A stretch of 64,000 nucleotides of DNA from NCBI GenBank assembly GCA_963829055.1, contig CAWHHI010000020.1, positions 448,001 through 512,000 of the forward strand, read 5' to 3'. This stretch comes from an uncultured Gemmatimonadaceae bacterium (lineage in GTDB: Bacteria; Gemmatimonadota; Gemmatimonadetes; Gemmatimonadales; Gemmatimonadaceae). Shown here piece by piece: positions 46,429 to 56,319 of the stretch (position 1 is the first letter of the stretch; each line of letters opens with the position of its first letter). Position numbers and translations under genes: made by a program. The notes under the pieces are model-generated. The model saw only the letters and a program-made list of their open reading frames with translations, was not told the DNA's origin and did not search any database.

Positions 46429-46443
46429 CCATTGCACCTTCGT
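46429..46443 (-). promoter_or_regulatory. Regulon box ACGAAGGTGCAATGG
   Basis: Consensus match, 20 nt before AATCAT. Confidence 0.7.
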
Positions 46444-46559
46444 GCATCGACCGGTTCGCGAAGTTGACCGCCCCTGGGACCGCGGACGGCACCCTGAAGG
46501 CGACCTCCGCCCTCGACTTCGCGGCGAGACACGCGACCCGAAGGTCGTGCCATTGATCT

Positions 46560-46766
46560 TCAGCGTCTGTCTCCCGACGCGTCGGACGCCGGGTCCCGGG
46601 CGGGCAGCCGCACGCCACCGGTCGATGCGTGGTCGAGCCGGAGACGCTCGACGCACGAATCCGACAGTGCACACACCGCTAGCGCCACCACGAAGACCGC
46701 GCGGACCAGCAACGCCTCTCTCGTTAGGCGATAGCCGTGGAAGTCGCGGGACAGGTGTGTGCGCAT
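46560..46766 (-). CDS. Putative 68-aa single-pass membrane protein
   Basis: GAGGTGG RBS 7 nt before ATG, own box and -10 upstream, hydrophobic ALLVRAVFVVALAVCAL, paralogous relic with synonymous changes. Confidence 0.6.
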   Translation of the reverse strand: MRTHLSRDFHGYRLTREALLVRAVFVVALAVCALSDSCVERLRLDHASTGGVRLPARDPASDASGDRR

Positions 46767-46878
46767 CCGATGACCACCTCGGAACGCGATGAGACGTCGC
46801 ACCGTTCTCGGTCCGCACGGAAGCCCCACCCCCAAACCGAGTCCGTGGATGAGGGTAAGGACGGGCCGGCGGGGCCGC

Positions 46879-46893
46879 CCATTGTACCTTCGG
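46879..46893 (-). promoter_or_regulatory. Regulon box CCGAAGGTACAATGG
   Basis: Consensus match, 21 nt before TACCCT. Confidence 0.7.
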
Positions 46894-46944
46894 GCAATCC
46901 ACGGGATGCCCACGATGGTCGGCGAGGCGCGTTAGGTGAGTTGG

Positions 46945-46959
46945 GCCAAGGTGCACTAG
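46945..46959 (+). promoter_or_regulatory. Regulon box GCCAAGGTGCACTAG
   Basis: Consensus-like, 19 nt before CAACGT. Confidence 0.55.
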
Positions 46960-47052
46960 CCATTGCGGCGGGGCTCGCCAACGTTGACGACAGTCGCGTT
47001 GCGCGCACCCCTACGGAATGAGCGGGAGCATCGCGTTGCCAACGAGGTCGCC

Positions 47053-48045
47053 GTGTCACACCGATGGTCCGCGCCAAGCTATCGAACCCTGCTCGCTGCT
47101 GTCGGGGCCGCCGGGTTGGCCGCCAGTGCCGCTCCCGCGCAGAATGCCACCAGTGCTCCCGCGCAGGAATCGTGCGGCCGATGCCTCTCCGGATTCCACT
47201 TCCTCCCATCGAGCATTGTAGGCGATCCGTTCGCCACGACCTATTTCCAGAACTCCACCGGTGGAGGCATGGCGAGCAACCTGGACGTCCCCGTGCGCAA
47301 CCTGGACGGCGACGTGATCGGGTCGCTCAGTGGCGATATCGGCTTTCTGCTGGTCACGTTCGACTATCAGAAATCCATCGCGCGATGGCTCGCGTTGAAT
47401 GCGAGCATGAACGCCGTCGGACGAATCGGTACGAGCACTGAGGCCGTCGTCGCAACTGGCGTGTCGGCGGCGTTCGGCGGCTCCCTCGGCGCGACAGTCC
47501 CGCTTTTCCGCTGGCCCAGCATCGTCCTGTCGGCGATCGGCGAGGTTCGACGCAGTTCGGCGTACGAGGTGGACCCGTACACCTTCGTGAGGGAAGTCGT
47601 GGACAGCGGCTACACGGAGGAGGCGAAGAGCCTGTTGCTCGAGAATAGCAAGGTCAATCGCTACCTGCTCGGACTCCGCGGCGCCTGGGGCCTCAAGCCG
47701 TGGCTCGGCCTGAGCGCACAGATAGACCTGGGTCAGGCCGACACTCCCGCTCAGGGCGGGGAGTCCATCACCGGATACGGCCTGCAGGCCGGGTTCGATT
47801 TCGCGAAGCTGAGCCGAGTCCCCGTGGCCGCATCACTCGCCTTTCGGGGGCTCAGCGGCCCGGGCCGCAACGGAGACGTCACCGGCGGCGGCTATCAGGT
47901 AACCGAATTGGGAATCTTCTATACGGGTCGCCCGACGTTCACCGTCGGCAGTGAGTTCTTCTGGTCGAAAGTCGCGGTCCGTGCCGACGACGTGCCAGAC
48001 CTCAAAGCGGTCCAATTCCGAATCGTGACCCGGCTCAATTTCTGA
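47053..48045 (+). CDS. Hypothetical outer-membrane beta-barrel with N-terminal CxxC, copy 2 (start uncertain)
   Basis: Signal peptide, ESCGRCLSGFHFLPSS, terminal RLNF; paralogue of 32322-33290. Confidence 0.75.
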   Translation: MSHRWSAPSYRTLLAAVGAAGLAASAAPAQNATSAPAQESCGRCLSGFHFLPSSIVGDPFATTYFQNSTGGGMASNLDVPVRNLDGDVIGSLSGDIGFLLVTFDYQKSIARWLALNASMNAVGRIGTSTEAVVATGVSAAFGGSLGATVPLFRWPSIVLSAIGEVRRSSAYEVDPYTFVREVVDSGYTEEAKSLLLENSKVNRYLLGLRGAWGLKPWLGLSAQIDLGQADTPAQGGESITGYGLQAGFDFAKLSRVPVAASLAFRGLSGPGRNGDVTGGGYQVTELGIFYTGRPTFTVGSEFFWSKVAVRADDVPDLKAVQFRIVTRLNF

Positions 48046-48082
48046 TCGTTTGGGCAAAGTCGTTGCTTTTCCAGGGAGGCAT

Positions 48083-49034
48083 TCAACCTCCGCCGACCGT
48101 CGGTCGTGCCGGCCGGCGAATCCTCGTGGTCTGCCATCCGACAGTCCACGTGGTGAAGTTGGACCCCGCTCGCGTGATAGCGCCCCTCGACCACGCAAGC
48201 CTCAGCGCGTTGCTCCGCGTTACCGGCAACGACGCCGTGAGTCCGACACGCGTGTTCTCCTGGCGCTCCGGTGCCGGCACGTCGTCGACCGCTGACCGTC
48301 CACCCGAGTAGAACGTGGCATTGGCCGAGACCCAGAGCCGCGGCCCGAACAGGTACCCGACGTGCGACTGCAGCGATAGCAATGGGTCCTGCGTCTTCTT
48401 CTGGTCGCCGAGGAAGGACGAATTGGGCGTAAAAAACCACGCACCCCCGAAGAGCTCGAGCGTCCACGGACCAACGGGTCGAGAGAAGCCAACCTCTGGC
48501 TTGAATGCCCACCGGTTCGTTCCGACGTTTACGAGCTTGTCGGACGAAGTACTGGCCAGTCGGCATGGCGATCGTCACGCTCGTACCGACATACGTCGAC
48601 GGCTTGTGACGCACGAACTCCCCCAGTGACATCGCTCGGCCGCCTAACAAGCCCACGGCAAACCGCAAGCGAGCGTCGGCGAGTCCCGAGCGGTCCACGC
48701 GTGCCGCAACTTCCTGGACGTTGCCCGTGATCTTGGCCCACGCGTACGGCACCCCGACCGACACGTTCGCCGTTCGACCGGCAAGCGCGAACGTCCCGCC
48801 TACGCCGATCGCCGTGGTATATACCGTTGCGCGAACATCACTCAAGGGACTCGTCGCGTCGAACGCGATGCCGCCCGTGGTGTAACCTAACGACACGCCG
48901 CTGAACAATACGCCGAGCGGGGTTGCGGCGTACGCGCGTGGCTCGATCTCCTGCGGGCGAGCGGTATCGACACTCGCCGCCATCAGCGCGGCCATCGCCC
49001 AGGCGCCGGGCGAAATCCGGCGTAGCGCGATCAC
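48083..49034 (-). CDS. Outer-membrane transporter, SphA / phenol MetA-pathway-like (frameshifted)
   Basis: QEIEPRAY, GLADARLRFAV.L.G, PTGQY..KLVNVGTNRWAFKPEVG, TTWTVGWQ. Confidence 0.8.
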
Positions 49035-49801
49035 TCCGGCTCCGGTGCCTTCTTCGGCTTACGTCCGCCGAGCGTGATCCGACCCGACCCACTCAACACC
49101 TGATTGTGCAACGAGGGCCCCGAGCCTCGAAGAATATCGGTCAATCCCTGGTAGTACCGAACGCCGATCCCGATGCCCAGCCCCGGGATTCGATACTCGG
49201 CATTGAATGCCACCCCGGCATCGAATCGCTCGATGGACTGCTCGATGTCGTTCTCGACGACGGTGGAGGTGCCCTGCGGCGTGGTGCCGGCATAACGATC
49301 GTTGGCCGAGAGCAGAATGCCGAGCTGTGGTCCAGCGCCAACGCGAATCCCGCCGTCGCGATGCTGTGCCCACTGCACCAGCACCGGAATGTCCAGATAG
49401 CCGAGGTTTCGCTCCATCCTGCCCCCGACGATGAGCGGATCGAGCGCCGCGTCGTTCAATGGAATTGGATCGGCATCCTTGGCGCCCTTCGCGGAGAGTG
49501 GTATCACCCCGGTGAACAGGTGATAGTGCTCGCTGAAGCGCCACGATCCGAAGAGACCGAACAGCGTGCCCCGCGCGAACGCAGCGCCGCTCAAGTCGCT
49601 GACGTTCGCGAGGTTCATCCCGATCTCGAGCCCGATGTTGAAGTTGTCGGACGCGAGCTTGTCGCCGAACAGCATGGCGAGGACGACCTGCGCGGGCGCG
49701 CGCGACGGACACGCCGCGCCGATCACCGTTGCGGTCACCGTGATCACCGCGAGGCGCGCGGCTCGCCTCACCATCTCCCTCACCGGCACGGCCCTGCGCA
49801 T
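49031..49801 (-). CDS. Porin-family outer-membrane beta-barrel protein
   Basis: Signal peptide, QVVLAMLFGDKL, GYLDIPVL, GAGPQLGILL, RYYQGLTDI. Confidence 0.8.
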   Translation of the reverse strand: MRRAVPVREMVRRAARLAVITVTATVIGAACPSRAPAQVVLAMLFGDKLASDNFNIGLEIGMNLANVSDLSGAAFARGTLFGLFGSWRFSEHYHLFTGVIPLSAKGAKDADPIPLNDAALDPLIVGGRMERNLGYLDIPVLVQWAQHRDGGIRVGAGPQLGILLSANDRYAGTTPQGTSTVVENDIEQSIERFDAGVAFNAEYRIPGLGIGIGVRYYQGLTDILRGSGPSLHNQVLSGSGRITLGGRKPKKAPEPE

Positions 49802-49874
49802 GCTGTTGTCCAGGCTCGAAGGTGACGTGTTGGTCCACGGAGCACCCTACGATTGCGACTCGTCGTGCACGCGA

Positions 49875-49889
49875 CCATTGCACCTTCGC
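49875..49889 (-). promoter_or_regulatory. Regulon box GCGAAGGTGCAATGG
   Basis: Consensus match, 20 nt before AATCGT. Confidence 0.7.
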
Positions 49890-49906
49890 CCAGATCAGAT
49901 CCCAGA

Positions 49907-50290
49907 TCACATTGGCACCGGCAGGACCGATTCCACGGCCTCCCGCAGCGCCCCGAGCCGAATGGGTTTCGTCAGATATCCCGCGCAGCCTTCGTCGCGA
50001 GCGCGTCGCTCCAGATTCGGGTAGCCGGTGAGAAGAACCACCGGAATGTCTCCGGTCGACTTCGACGCTTTGAGGCAGCGCACCACCTCCCATCCGTCAG
50101 CACCCGCAAGCGACAGGTCCAGCAGAATCACGTCCGGATGCTCGTCGCGCGCGATGCGCAGCCCATCGATTCCGGTCATCGCTGTGAGCACCCGATAGCC
50201 GGCGTGACCGAGGCCAGCTGAAAACACAACGCACGTGTCCTCATCGTCCTCCACGATCAGGACCTTCGCTCCGGCGGTTGCCACGCCCAT
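49907..50290 (-). CDS. Single-domain response regulator (DivK/CheY-like receiver)
   Basis: VLIVEDD, PDVILLD, IPVVLLT, YLTKP. Confidence 0.92.
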   Translation of the reverse strand: MGVATAGAKVLIVEDDEDTCVVFSAGLGHAGYRVLTAMTGIDGLRIARDEHPDVILLDLSLAGADGWEVVRCLKASKSTGDIPVVLLTGYPNLERRARDEGCAGYLTKPIRLGALREAVESVLPVPM

Positions 50291-50380
50291 CGAACACCTC
50301 CCGACATTTTCCGGCAATTCTTCTGGCGAATTCTGGCCAGTTCTGGCGGACGATATTTTTGGCGCGAACGGCTTAGACCG

Positions 50381-52336
50381 CTACTGGGGCCTAGGTCCTA
50401 TACCGCTCGGTTCGGCATTCTCTGGAGGCTCACCGAACGCGTGGTCCGAGCGTGCGGCCGCTCGGCGGATCAGCTCCATCACGTGCACGACGACGCTGCT
50501 CGATTCACCCTGGCGGGTCAGCATCTCGATCCCCCAGGTCAGGTCGAGTCCACGGACCCGCACGGCGGCCAGGCCGGCCGGTGGCAATCGCAGGTGCGTA
50601 CGAAATCCAAGACACCACCCTTCACCGCGTCGCGCCACGGACCACATCGTCTGAAGTCCCTGGTACTCGCGCTCGATCCGAGGGTAAAACTCCTGCGCTG
50701 CGAACAGCAGCATCGTTCGGTCGTAGAACGCCGGATACACCCAACGCGGCACGAAGAGAAACGGAAACTCACCGAGGTCGGCCAACGCGATCTCGTCGCG
50801 CATGGCGAGGCGATGCTCGGGCGGCAGCAGCACGCAGCAGATCGGGTCATCGATCAGCTGGTGGCGCTCGAGTTGCGCCAGGAACGGCGTCACGGATGTG
50901 AACGCGTAGCAGAGCCCCACGTCGGCCTCTCCAGACACGAGCGCGTTAGGCTGGTCTGTCGTCGGCATCTCGACGAATCGCACGTGCGCGTCCGGCAGCT
51001 CGCTGGCAGCAGCACGTACGAGTGCGCCGACCAGGTGCCCGGTGACGAACGCCGGAATGACGGCCACGATACAGTGACCTGTCGCGCCGCGCGTGGCGCG
51101 ATGTGCGTCGGCCGCGACGCCGGTAACGCGATCGAGTATGCGTTGAGCGTCTGCCGCGAAGGTCTCACCAGCCGCGGTTGGTACCACGCCCGTCGGCTGA
51201 CGCTCGAGCAGCTGCACGCCGAACATGCGTTCGAGATCGTGCATCTGCCGCGAGAGCGTTGGTTGCGTGATCGCGAGCCGTCGCGCGGCTCGCCCAACGC
51301 TCCGTTCCTCGACGACCGCCAGAAAGTAGCGAAGGTGCCGGAGCTCCAGGGCCCGCAGCGCCGTCATGTCGGATGCCAGCTCGTACGGTTGGCCCTGTTG
51401 GCCTGCCGGGATGACGGATCGGATTGCGCCCGGCGATGCGGTGTGGGCGGGCTCGCGCGCGATCGTGAGCAGTGCGTCGCGCACGGTACGGACAACCCCC
51501 GGCAGCCGGCCACGCTTGGAGATAACGTGCATCGCGATCGGCGCAGCGAGGTCCTCAACGGGAACCACCACGTTCTCCGGCGGAACCCACGCGGCGAGCG
51601 CACGGATGAACGGCGTCCACGCCTTACCGGCGGCGATCACCGCGAATGCGTCGGCAACGCCCTCCGTCGTCTGGATCGGCGCAGGCGGGGTGACGCGTGC
51701 GGCAATCTGTTCGCACACGCGGCGGTGATCACCCTCGAGACCCACCGGGCTGACGATCGTTTCGGTCGCCAGCTCGGACAGTCGAATGCTCGCGCGGCCT
51801 GCCAGCGGATGCCTGCTGGCCAGTACGGCGGCGTCGCAGTAGTTGACGACGAGGACTCGAGACTCGAGGTCCGTGAACTCGCGCGACGCTTCGACTCCGA
51901 TGCCGAGATCGGCTTCGCCGGACCGGATCGCGAGCCACTGTGTCGGCCCCGTTCCTTCGATGACGCCAAGCTCCACCATCGGGCAATCACGGGCGACCGC
52001 CGACATGAGACCCGCGATCAAACCATTCCACGTCGGCACCAGGCCCGCGCAAATGGAGCATTGGCCCGCCAGCCCGCGACTCGCCGATCGCGTGCGCTCG
52101 AGCGCCTGGGTGATCTCCTCCGTGATGGCGCGAGCCGTGACCGCGACGGACTCACCGGCGGGTGTAAGACGGAACGATCGCCGGTCGCGCACGATCAGCC
52201 GTTCGTTCAGCTCACGTTCGAGATCCTGGATCTGACGCGACAGAGCTGGCTGCGCCAGTCGAAGACGCTCGGCGGCGCGCACGAACCCGCCCTCGTCGGC
52301 GACTGCGAGGAAGTACCTGAGGTGGCGCAAGTCCAC
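50381..52336 (-). CDS. Tandem double LysR-type regulator (HTH-SBD-HTH-SBD, 651 aa)
   Basis: VDLRHLRYFLAV..AAERLRLAQPALSRQI and, in the same frame, LELRHLRYFLAV..AARRLAITQPTLSRQM, each followed by a substrate-binding domain. Confidence 0.9.
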   Translation of the reverse strand: MDLRHLRYFLAVADEGGFVRAAERLRLAQPALSRQIQDLERELNERLIVRDRRSFRLTPAGESVAVTARAITEEITQALERTRSASRGLAGQCSICAGLVPTWNGLIAGLMSAVARDCPMVELGVIEGTGPTQWLAIRSGEADLGIGVEASREFTDLESRVLVVNYCDAAVLASRHPLAGRASIRLSELATETIVSPVGLEGDHRRVCEQIAARVTPPAPIQTTEGVADAFAVIAAGKAWTPFIRALAAWVPPENVVVPVEDLAAPIAMHVISKRGRLPGVVRTVRDALLTIAREPAHTASPGAIRSVIPAGQQGQPYELASDMTALRALELRHLRYFLAVVEERSVGRAARRLAITQPTLSRQMHDLERMFGVQLLERQPTGVVPTAAGETFAADAQRILDRVTGVAADAHRATRGATGHCIVAVIPAFVTGHLVGALVRAAASELPDAHVRFVEMPTTDQPNALVSGEADVGLCYAFTSVTPFLAQLERHQLIDDPICCVLLPPEHRLAMRDEIALADLGEFPFLFVPRWVYPAFYDRTMLLFAAQEFYPRIEREYQGLQTMWSVARRGEGWCLGFRTHLRLPPAGLAAVRVRGLDLTWGIEMLTRQGESSSVVVHVMELIRRAAARSDHAFGEPPENAEPSGIGPRPQ

Positions 52337-52502
52337 AAAGACGCTCCGAACCGAAATGCATGAGTTCTCACCAGGGCATGGCTTTTCATACAAGAAAGTC
52401 TTAGCGGCGGATATTGGCCTCTGGTTACCTCTTAAAAGCGCGCTGCGAACCAGACCTGGGTTCGCGCGCTGACTGTTTCGGCCCGAAGCGGGCCTTGACC
52501 AG

Positions 52503-54030
52503 ATGTGCGCGATGGCGCACAGGATGCGCGCCGTGAACTTCGTCGAAGGGCAACAACTGAACTGTGGCGTGCTCGACATTCTCGTCGAGCACATCGCGAA
52601 GACTGTAGCGGATTCTGCTGTATTCATTACGGCAGAGGTGCCCGAAACGGGCGTCCGGATTCTCGCTGAATTCCCCCCGGCGGCGGCGACCGGTGCGCCC
52701 AACGCTCAGGCGCACGAGCGCCGTACGACTGGGGACAGCGAAGGCCTGCGGATGGATGAGCCGGCCGTAGCAGCCCCCGTTCAGTTCGGCGACGCGGTCA
52801 TCGGTTGGGCCGTCATGGTCGGTCCGACGCTCGCGGAGGACAAGAAGGCCGAGGGGCTGATCACACTGCTGGCCAGGTGTGCGAGCGTTCTCCTCGCCCT
52901 TCCGCGACGCGATGAGAGCGTCGAGCGCGCCAAGCGTCGCTGGGAGGATGCCGCGCGCGACGGATACTGGGAGTGGGATCTCGCGAGCGGTGCGATGCGG
53001 TTCTCTCGCCAGAGCTTGTCGCTCCTCGACTACCGGGATCGGGATCGTCCGAACCGGGCGGCGGTGTGGCTCGATCGCGTTCACCCCGATGATCGCCTAA
53101 CGCTGATCGCCTCGCTGCTCACAGCAGCGACCGACGACGACACGCCGGTCGACGTGGAGCATCGGATCGTGCGGAAGGACGGCTCGGTTGGATGGCTTGC
53201 AGTACGGGCGTTCCTCGAGCGTGATGGAAGTGGCCGTCCGATGCGGTTGATCGGGTGGCTATCGGATGTGAGTCGTGCGCGGCACGTCGAGTCGGAACTG
53301 CGGAACGCGCAGTTGTTGGCCGATGTGGGTCGCGTCGCGGCGGGCACCGCGCACGACTTCAACAACTATCTCACAATCATTCGTGGACATGCGGACCTCG
53401 CGATGCGGTCGGTCGACCCGGCGAGCAACGCCCGGGAGAGTCTGGAATTGATCAAGCACGCAGCCACGGGCGCGACGACGTTGACGCAGGCAACTGCTCT
53501 CGTTGCGTCGCAGTCAGGCCCCAGTGCAATCGCTGGTAGACCTGAACGTCGTCGTCGCGGCTGCCGAGCGGACGCTTCGTTCGCTCGCGGGAAGCACGAC
53601 GCGCGTGAACCTGAAGCTTGCATCTGACCTCTCGGCCGTGCGCGTCGAGGCGGGCCACGTGGAGCGTCTGCTCATCAATCTCGTCGTCAACGCTCGCGAC
53701 GCGATGCCAGGCGGCGGCGTGGTGACCATCGAGACGGCGGATGCGTCGTACGACACGTTAGGCCCCGACACGCGACCCCTGTTGCTCCCGGTGGCCGACT
53801 ACGTCCTCCTGACGGTGAGCGACACGGGTACGGGGATGTGCCATGCGACGCGCGCGCGCATCTTCGAGCCGTTCTTCACTACCAAACCTGGCAGGCAGGG
53901 CACCGGGCTGGGGTTGTGGATCGCTCGGGACATAATGCAGCGCTGCGGGGGCGGCATTGACGTCCGCAGCACCCCCGGGAATGGGACGACGTTCACCATG
54001 TACTTTCCTCGTGCGGAGCCGCTTGGCTGA
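52503..54030 (+). CDS. Cytoplasmic PAS sensor histidine kinase (frameshift near 53490)
   Basis: DGYWEWDL..RVHPDD PAS/PAC, AHDFNN H-box, NLVVNARDAM, DTGTGM..FEPFFTTK..GTGLGL; no receiver domain. Confidence 0.9.
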
Positions 54031-54048
54031 ACCCGCGCGCCGTGCGTG

Positions 54049-54600
54049 TTATTTCGCGCTGTAGCCCTTGCCCTCGAGGCAGGCTGCCATCGCCTTCTTG
54101 AGCGCTCCGATCTTCGCGTCCTGAGAGGCGGCGGCCTGCTGCTTTCCCGCAGTCTCTGCCTGTGCGCCGGCGTTCTTCTTTGCCCGCCGACCGCCGACCC
54201 CACCCGCGACCGCCCCGATCGCCGCTCCCTTACCGGCGTCGCCAGCGATGGCGCCGATCGCCACACCCGCCACCGCACCTTTCGCGGCGCCTCCAACGGC
54301 TGCCCCGGTGGTAGCCGAATCGGTCTTGGCCTTCGCTGCCTTCCCTGCTGAGTCTGCGTTCGGTGGCGGCGTGTTGAGGTCGTGGCCCGTCTGCTGCTGC
54401 GCCCAGTCGTAGCACGCCTTTTCGTCGGCGGCTTGCACCTCGGCCGTCTGCCCCTTCGCGGGATAGACCAACAGCCCCACCTGCTTTGCTGGAGAGGCGG
54501 CGGCTGGCTGCCCTGTTTGGCCCTGCGCGGCGAGTATTGGCGCAACCAGCGCCGTGCAGACGGCAGTCGCGACTAGACGAGCTGCGCTGGAGAATGACAT
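54049..54600 (-). CDS. Exported glycine-zipper protein, copy 1
   Basis: YPAKGQ..D..ACYDWA.QQTG, GAVAGVAIGAIAGDAGKGAAIGA, CLEGKGYSAK. Confidence 0.85.
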   Translation of the reverse strand: MSFSSAARLVATAVCTALVAPILAAQGQTGQPAAASPAKQVGLLVYPAKGQTAEVQAADEKACYDWAQQQTGHDLNTPPPNADSAGKAAKAKTDSATTGAAVGGAAKGAVAGVAIGAIAGDAGKGAAIGAVAGGVGGRRAKKNAGAQAETAGKQQAAASQDAKIGALKKAMAACLEGKGYSAK

Positions 54601-54731
54601 GTGATGCCTCCGTGGTGGCTACCTGCCGCCGATTGGCGTCGCGGCCGGAATGCCGTGCTGGCTGCATCGCCGGCGTATCGACTTAGTGCGGCGAGAGTAC
54701 GGCCATGGTACGGAGAGCGCCTCGCGGCGGG

Positions 54732-54746
54732 CGATAGCACCTTAGG
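54732..54746 (-). promoter_or_regulatory. Regulon box CCTAAGGTGCTATCG
   Basis: Consensus-like, 21 nt before TACCAT. Confidence 0.55.
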
Positions 54747-54932
54747 GATACGCGAACCAACGGCTCGGCTATACGAAACCGCTGCCGGATTTGCGGACTC
54801 CGCGAAATCGTTCCCACGCCCCGCTTCCGTCGCACCGCGACGACTTGGAGGTTTTCGCCAGGGTCGATCGACGATCAGGCCTGTATCAGGGCTCGCCAGC
54901 GGATGGTGGCGAGCGTTGTATTCTGAATTGTT

Positions 54933-54947
54933 ACCAAAGGCCAATGT
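54933..54947 (+). promoter_or_regulatory. Regulon box ACCAAAGGCCAATGT upstream of the FixJ-like regulator
   Basis: Consensus match, 19 nt before TAGACT. Confidence 0.65.
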
Positions 54948-55017
54948 TTCCGCGACCGAGTGGTCGTAGACTGTCTCCCACCGCCGACCCCTCGGCGGAG
55001 CGCTGCACGCGTCTCCC

Positions 55018-55740
55018 ATGGAGCAGGATCGGATGACTCTCATGCAAACGCAGAGTGAAGGCGAGGACGGGTTCGCCTACTGCGCTGACGATTTCACCAG
55101 GTCTGTCAGGTCGGAGGCGACGCGGCGGCCGACCGTCTACGTAGTGGACGACGACGATTCGATGTTGACGGGACTCGCCAGTCTGCTCGGCGCGGCCGGG
55201 TATCGCGTCGAGGCCTTCAACTCGGCTCTCGACTTCCTGGCCGTTCCGAGGAGAAGGCCGGCGTGCCTGGTGCTCGACCAGTTGATGCCGGAGCTCACCG
55301 GCGCCGACGTCTACCGACACCTTCTGCTCGACCCCGATCCCCTCCCCGTCGTCTTTCTCTCCGGCAGCGGCGACGTCGCCGCGGCGGTCGATGTCATGAA
55401 GGCCGGCGCCATCGACTTTCTGCGCAAGCCGGTCGATGGCGAGGAGCTGTTGGCCGCGGTCGGGCGCGCAGTCGCACGCGACCGCGCCGCAGAGGCTGAC
55501 CGCCTCGAAAGGGATCGGCTCCAGGGACGCCTCGCCCGGCTCACTGTTCGGGAGCAGGAAGTTCTTCACGAAGTCGTGCAGGGACGACTCAACAAGCAGG
55601 TGGGCGCGCGCCTGGGGATCACGGAGCGCACGGTGAAGCGCCACCGCGGAATGGTCATGCACAAGCTCGGCGTGGACTCCGTTGCGGAACTGGTGCGATT
55701 CGCCGACCGCATCGTCGAAGGCGAAGGCGCTCGCGCGTAG
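55018..55740 (+). CDS. FixJ/NodW-like response regulator (receiver + LuxR HTH)
   Basis: VYVVDDD, CLVLD, MKAGAIDFLRKP, LTVREQEVL..GRLNKQV..LGITERTVKRHR..VMHKL. Confidence 0.93.
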   Translation: MEQDRMTLMQTQSEGEDGFAYCADDFTRSVRSEATRRPTVYVVDDDDSMLTGLASLLGAAGYRVEAFNSALDFLAVPRRRPACLVLDQLMPELTGADVYRHLLLDPDPLPVVFLSGSGDVAAAVDVMKAGAIDFLRKPVDGEELLAAVGRAVARDRAAEADRLERDRLQGRLARLTVREQEVLHEVVQGRLNKQVGARLGITERTVKRHRGMVMHKLGVDSVAELVRFADRIVEGEGARA

Positions 55741-55885
55741 ACCTAACGCGGCCGGCGTGCATCGCCTGTCCCGAAGGTCCCCTCGCGGCGGAATCACGGC
55801 GGGCATACAGTGAGCAATCGTGTGGCCCGGCGAGTCATCGTCCGGGTGGCGTGCTGGCCCGCGAGTACCGCCATCCCGTTCAGCG

Positions 55886-56306
55886 ATGCCATACAGCGCG
55901 CCACCGATCACGCTCGCCATCATCGAAGATGACGCGTCGATGCTGTTCGCCCTGGAGTCGCTGCTGTCCGCATCCGGCTTCCGCGTGGTCTCCTTCACGT
56001 CGGCGGAGAACTTCCTGGAGAGCCTTCCCGGACTGGCGGTCGATGGCGTGGTCAGTGACGTCTATCTCAGCGGCATGACAGCCGTCGCGCTGCTACACGT
56101 TGCTCGCCGAGCGGCACCACGTTCTGCCGATGGTCTTCATCACCGGGCACGACGACCCCGCTACGCGCGCTCTGCTCCGCGATGCGGGCGCGACATCATT
56201 CCTGCACAAGCCATTCGACGAGGCCGTGCTGCTTCGCGAGGTGGGGCGCGTGATCTCGCATGCTCCGTCTCTGCCGCCCCCCACCGGTCGAACCAGCAGG
56301 GCGTAA
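55886..56306 (+). CDS. Single-domain response regulator (frameshift near 56100)
   Basis: AIIEDD, FTSAENFL, VVSD, PMVFITG, FLHKPF. Confidence 0.88.
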
Positions 56307-56319
56307 CCGAGCCGCGCGC

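Noticed and set aside
52340..52500. LysR T-N11-A site or a further box (CCAGAGGCCAATAT on - near 52410) in the AT-richer divergent spacer
   Set aside because: Plausible by position, but I could not define a convincing dyad and the downstream hexamer (TATGAA) fits poorly.
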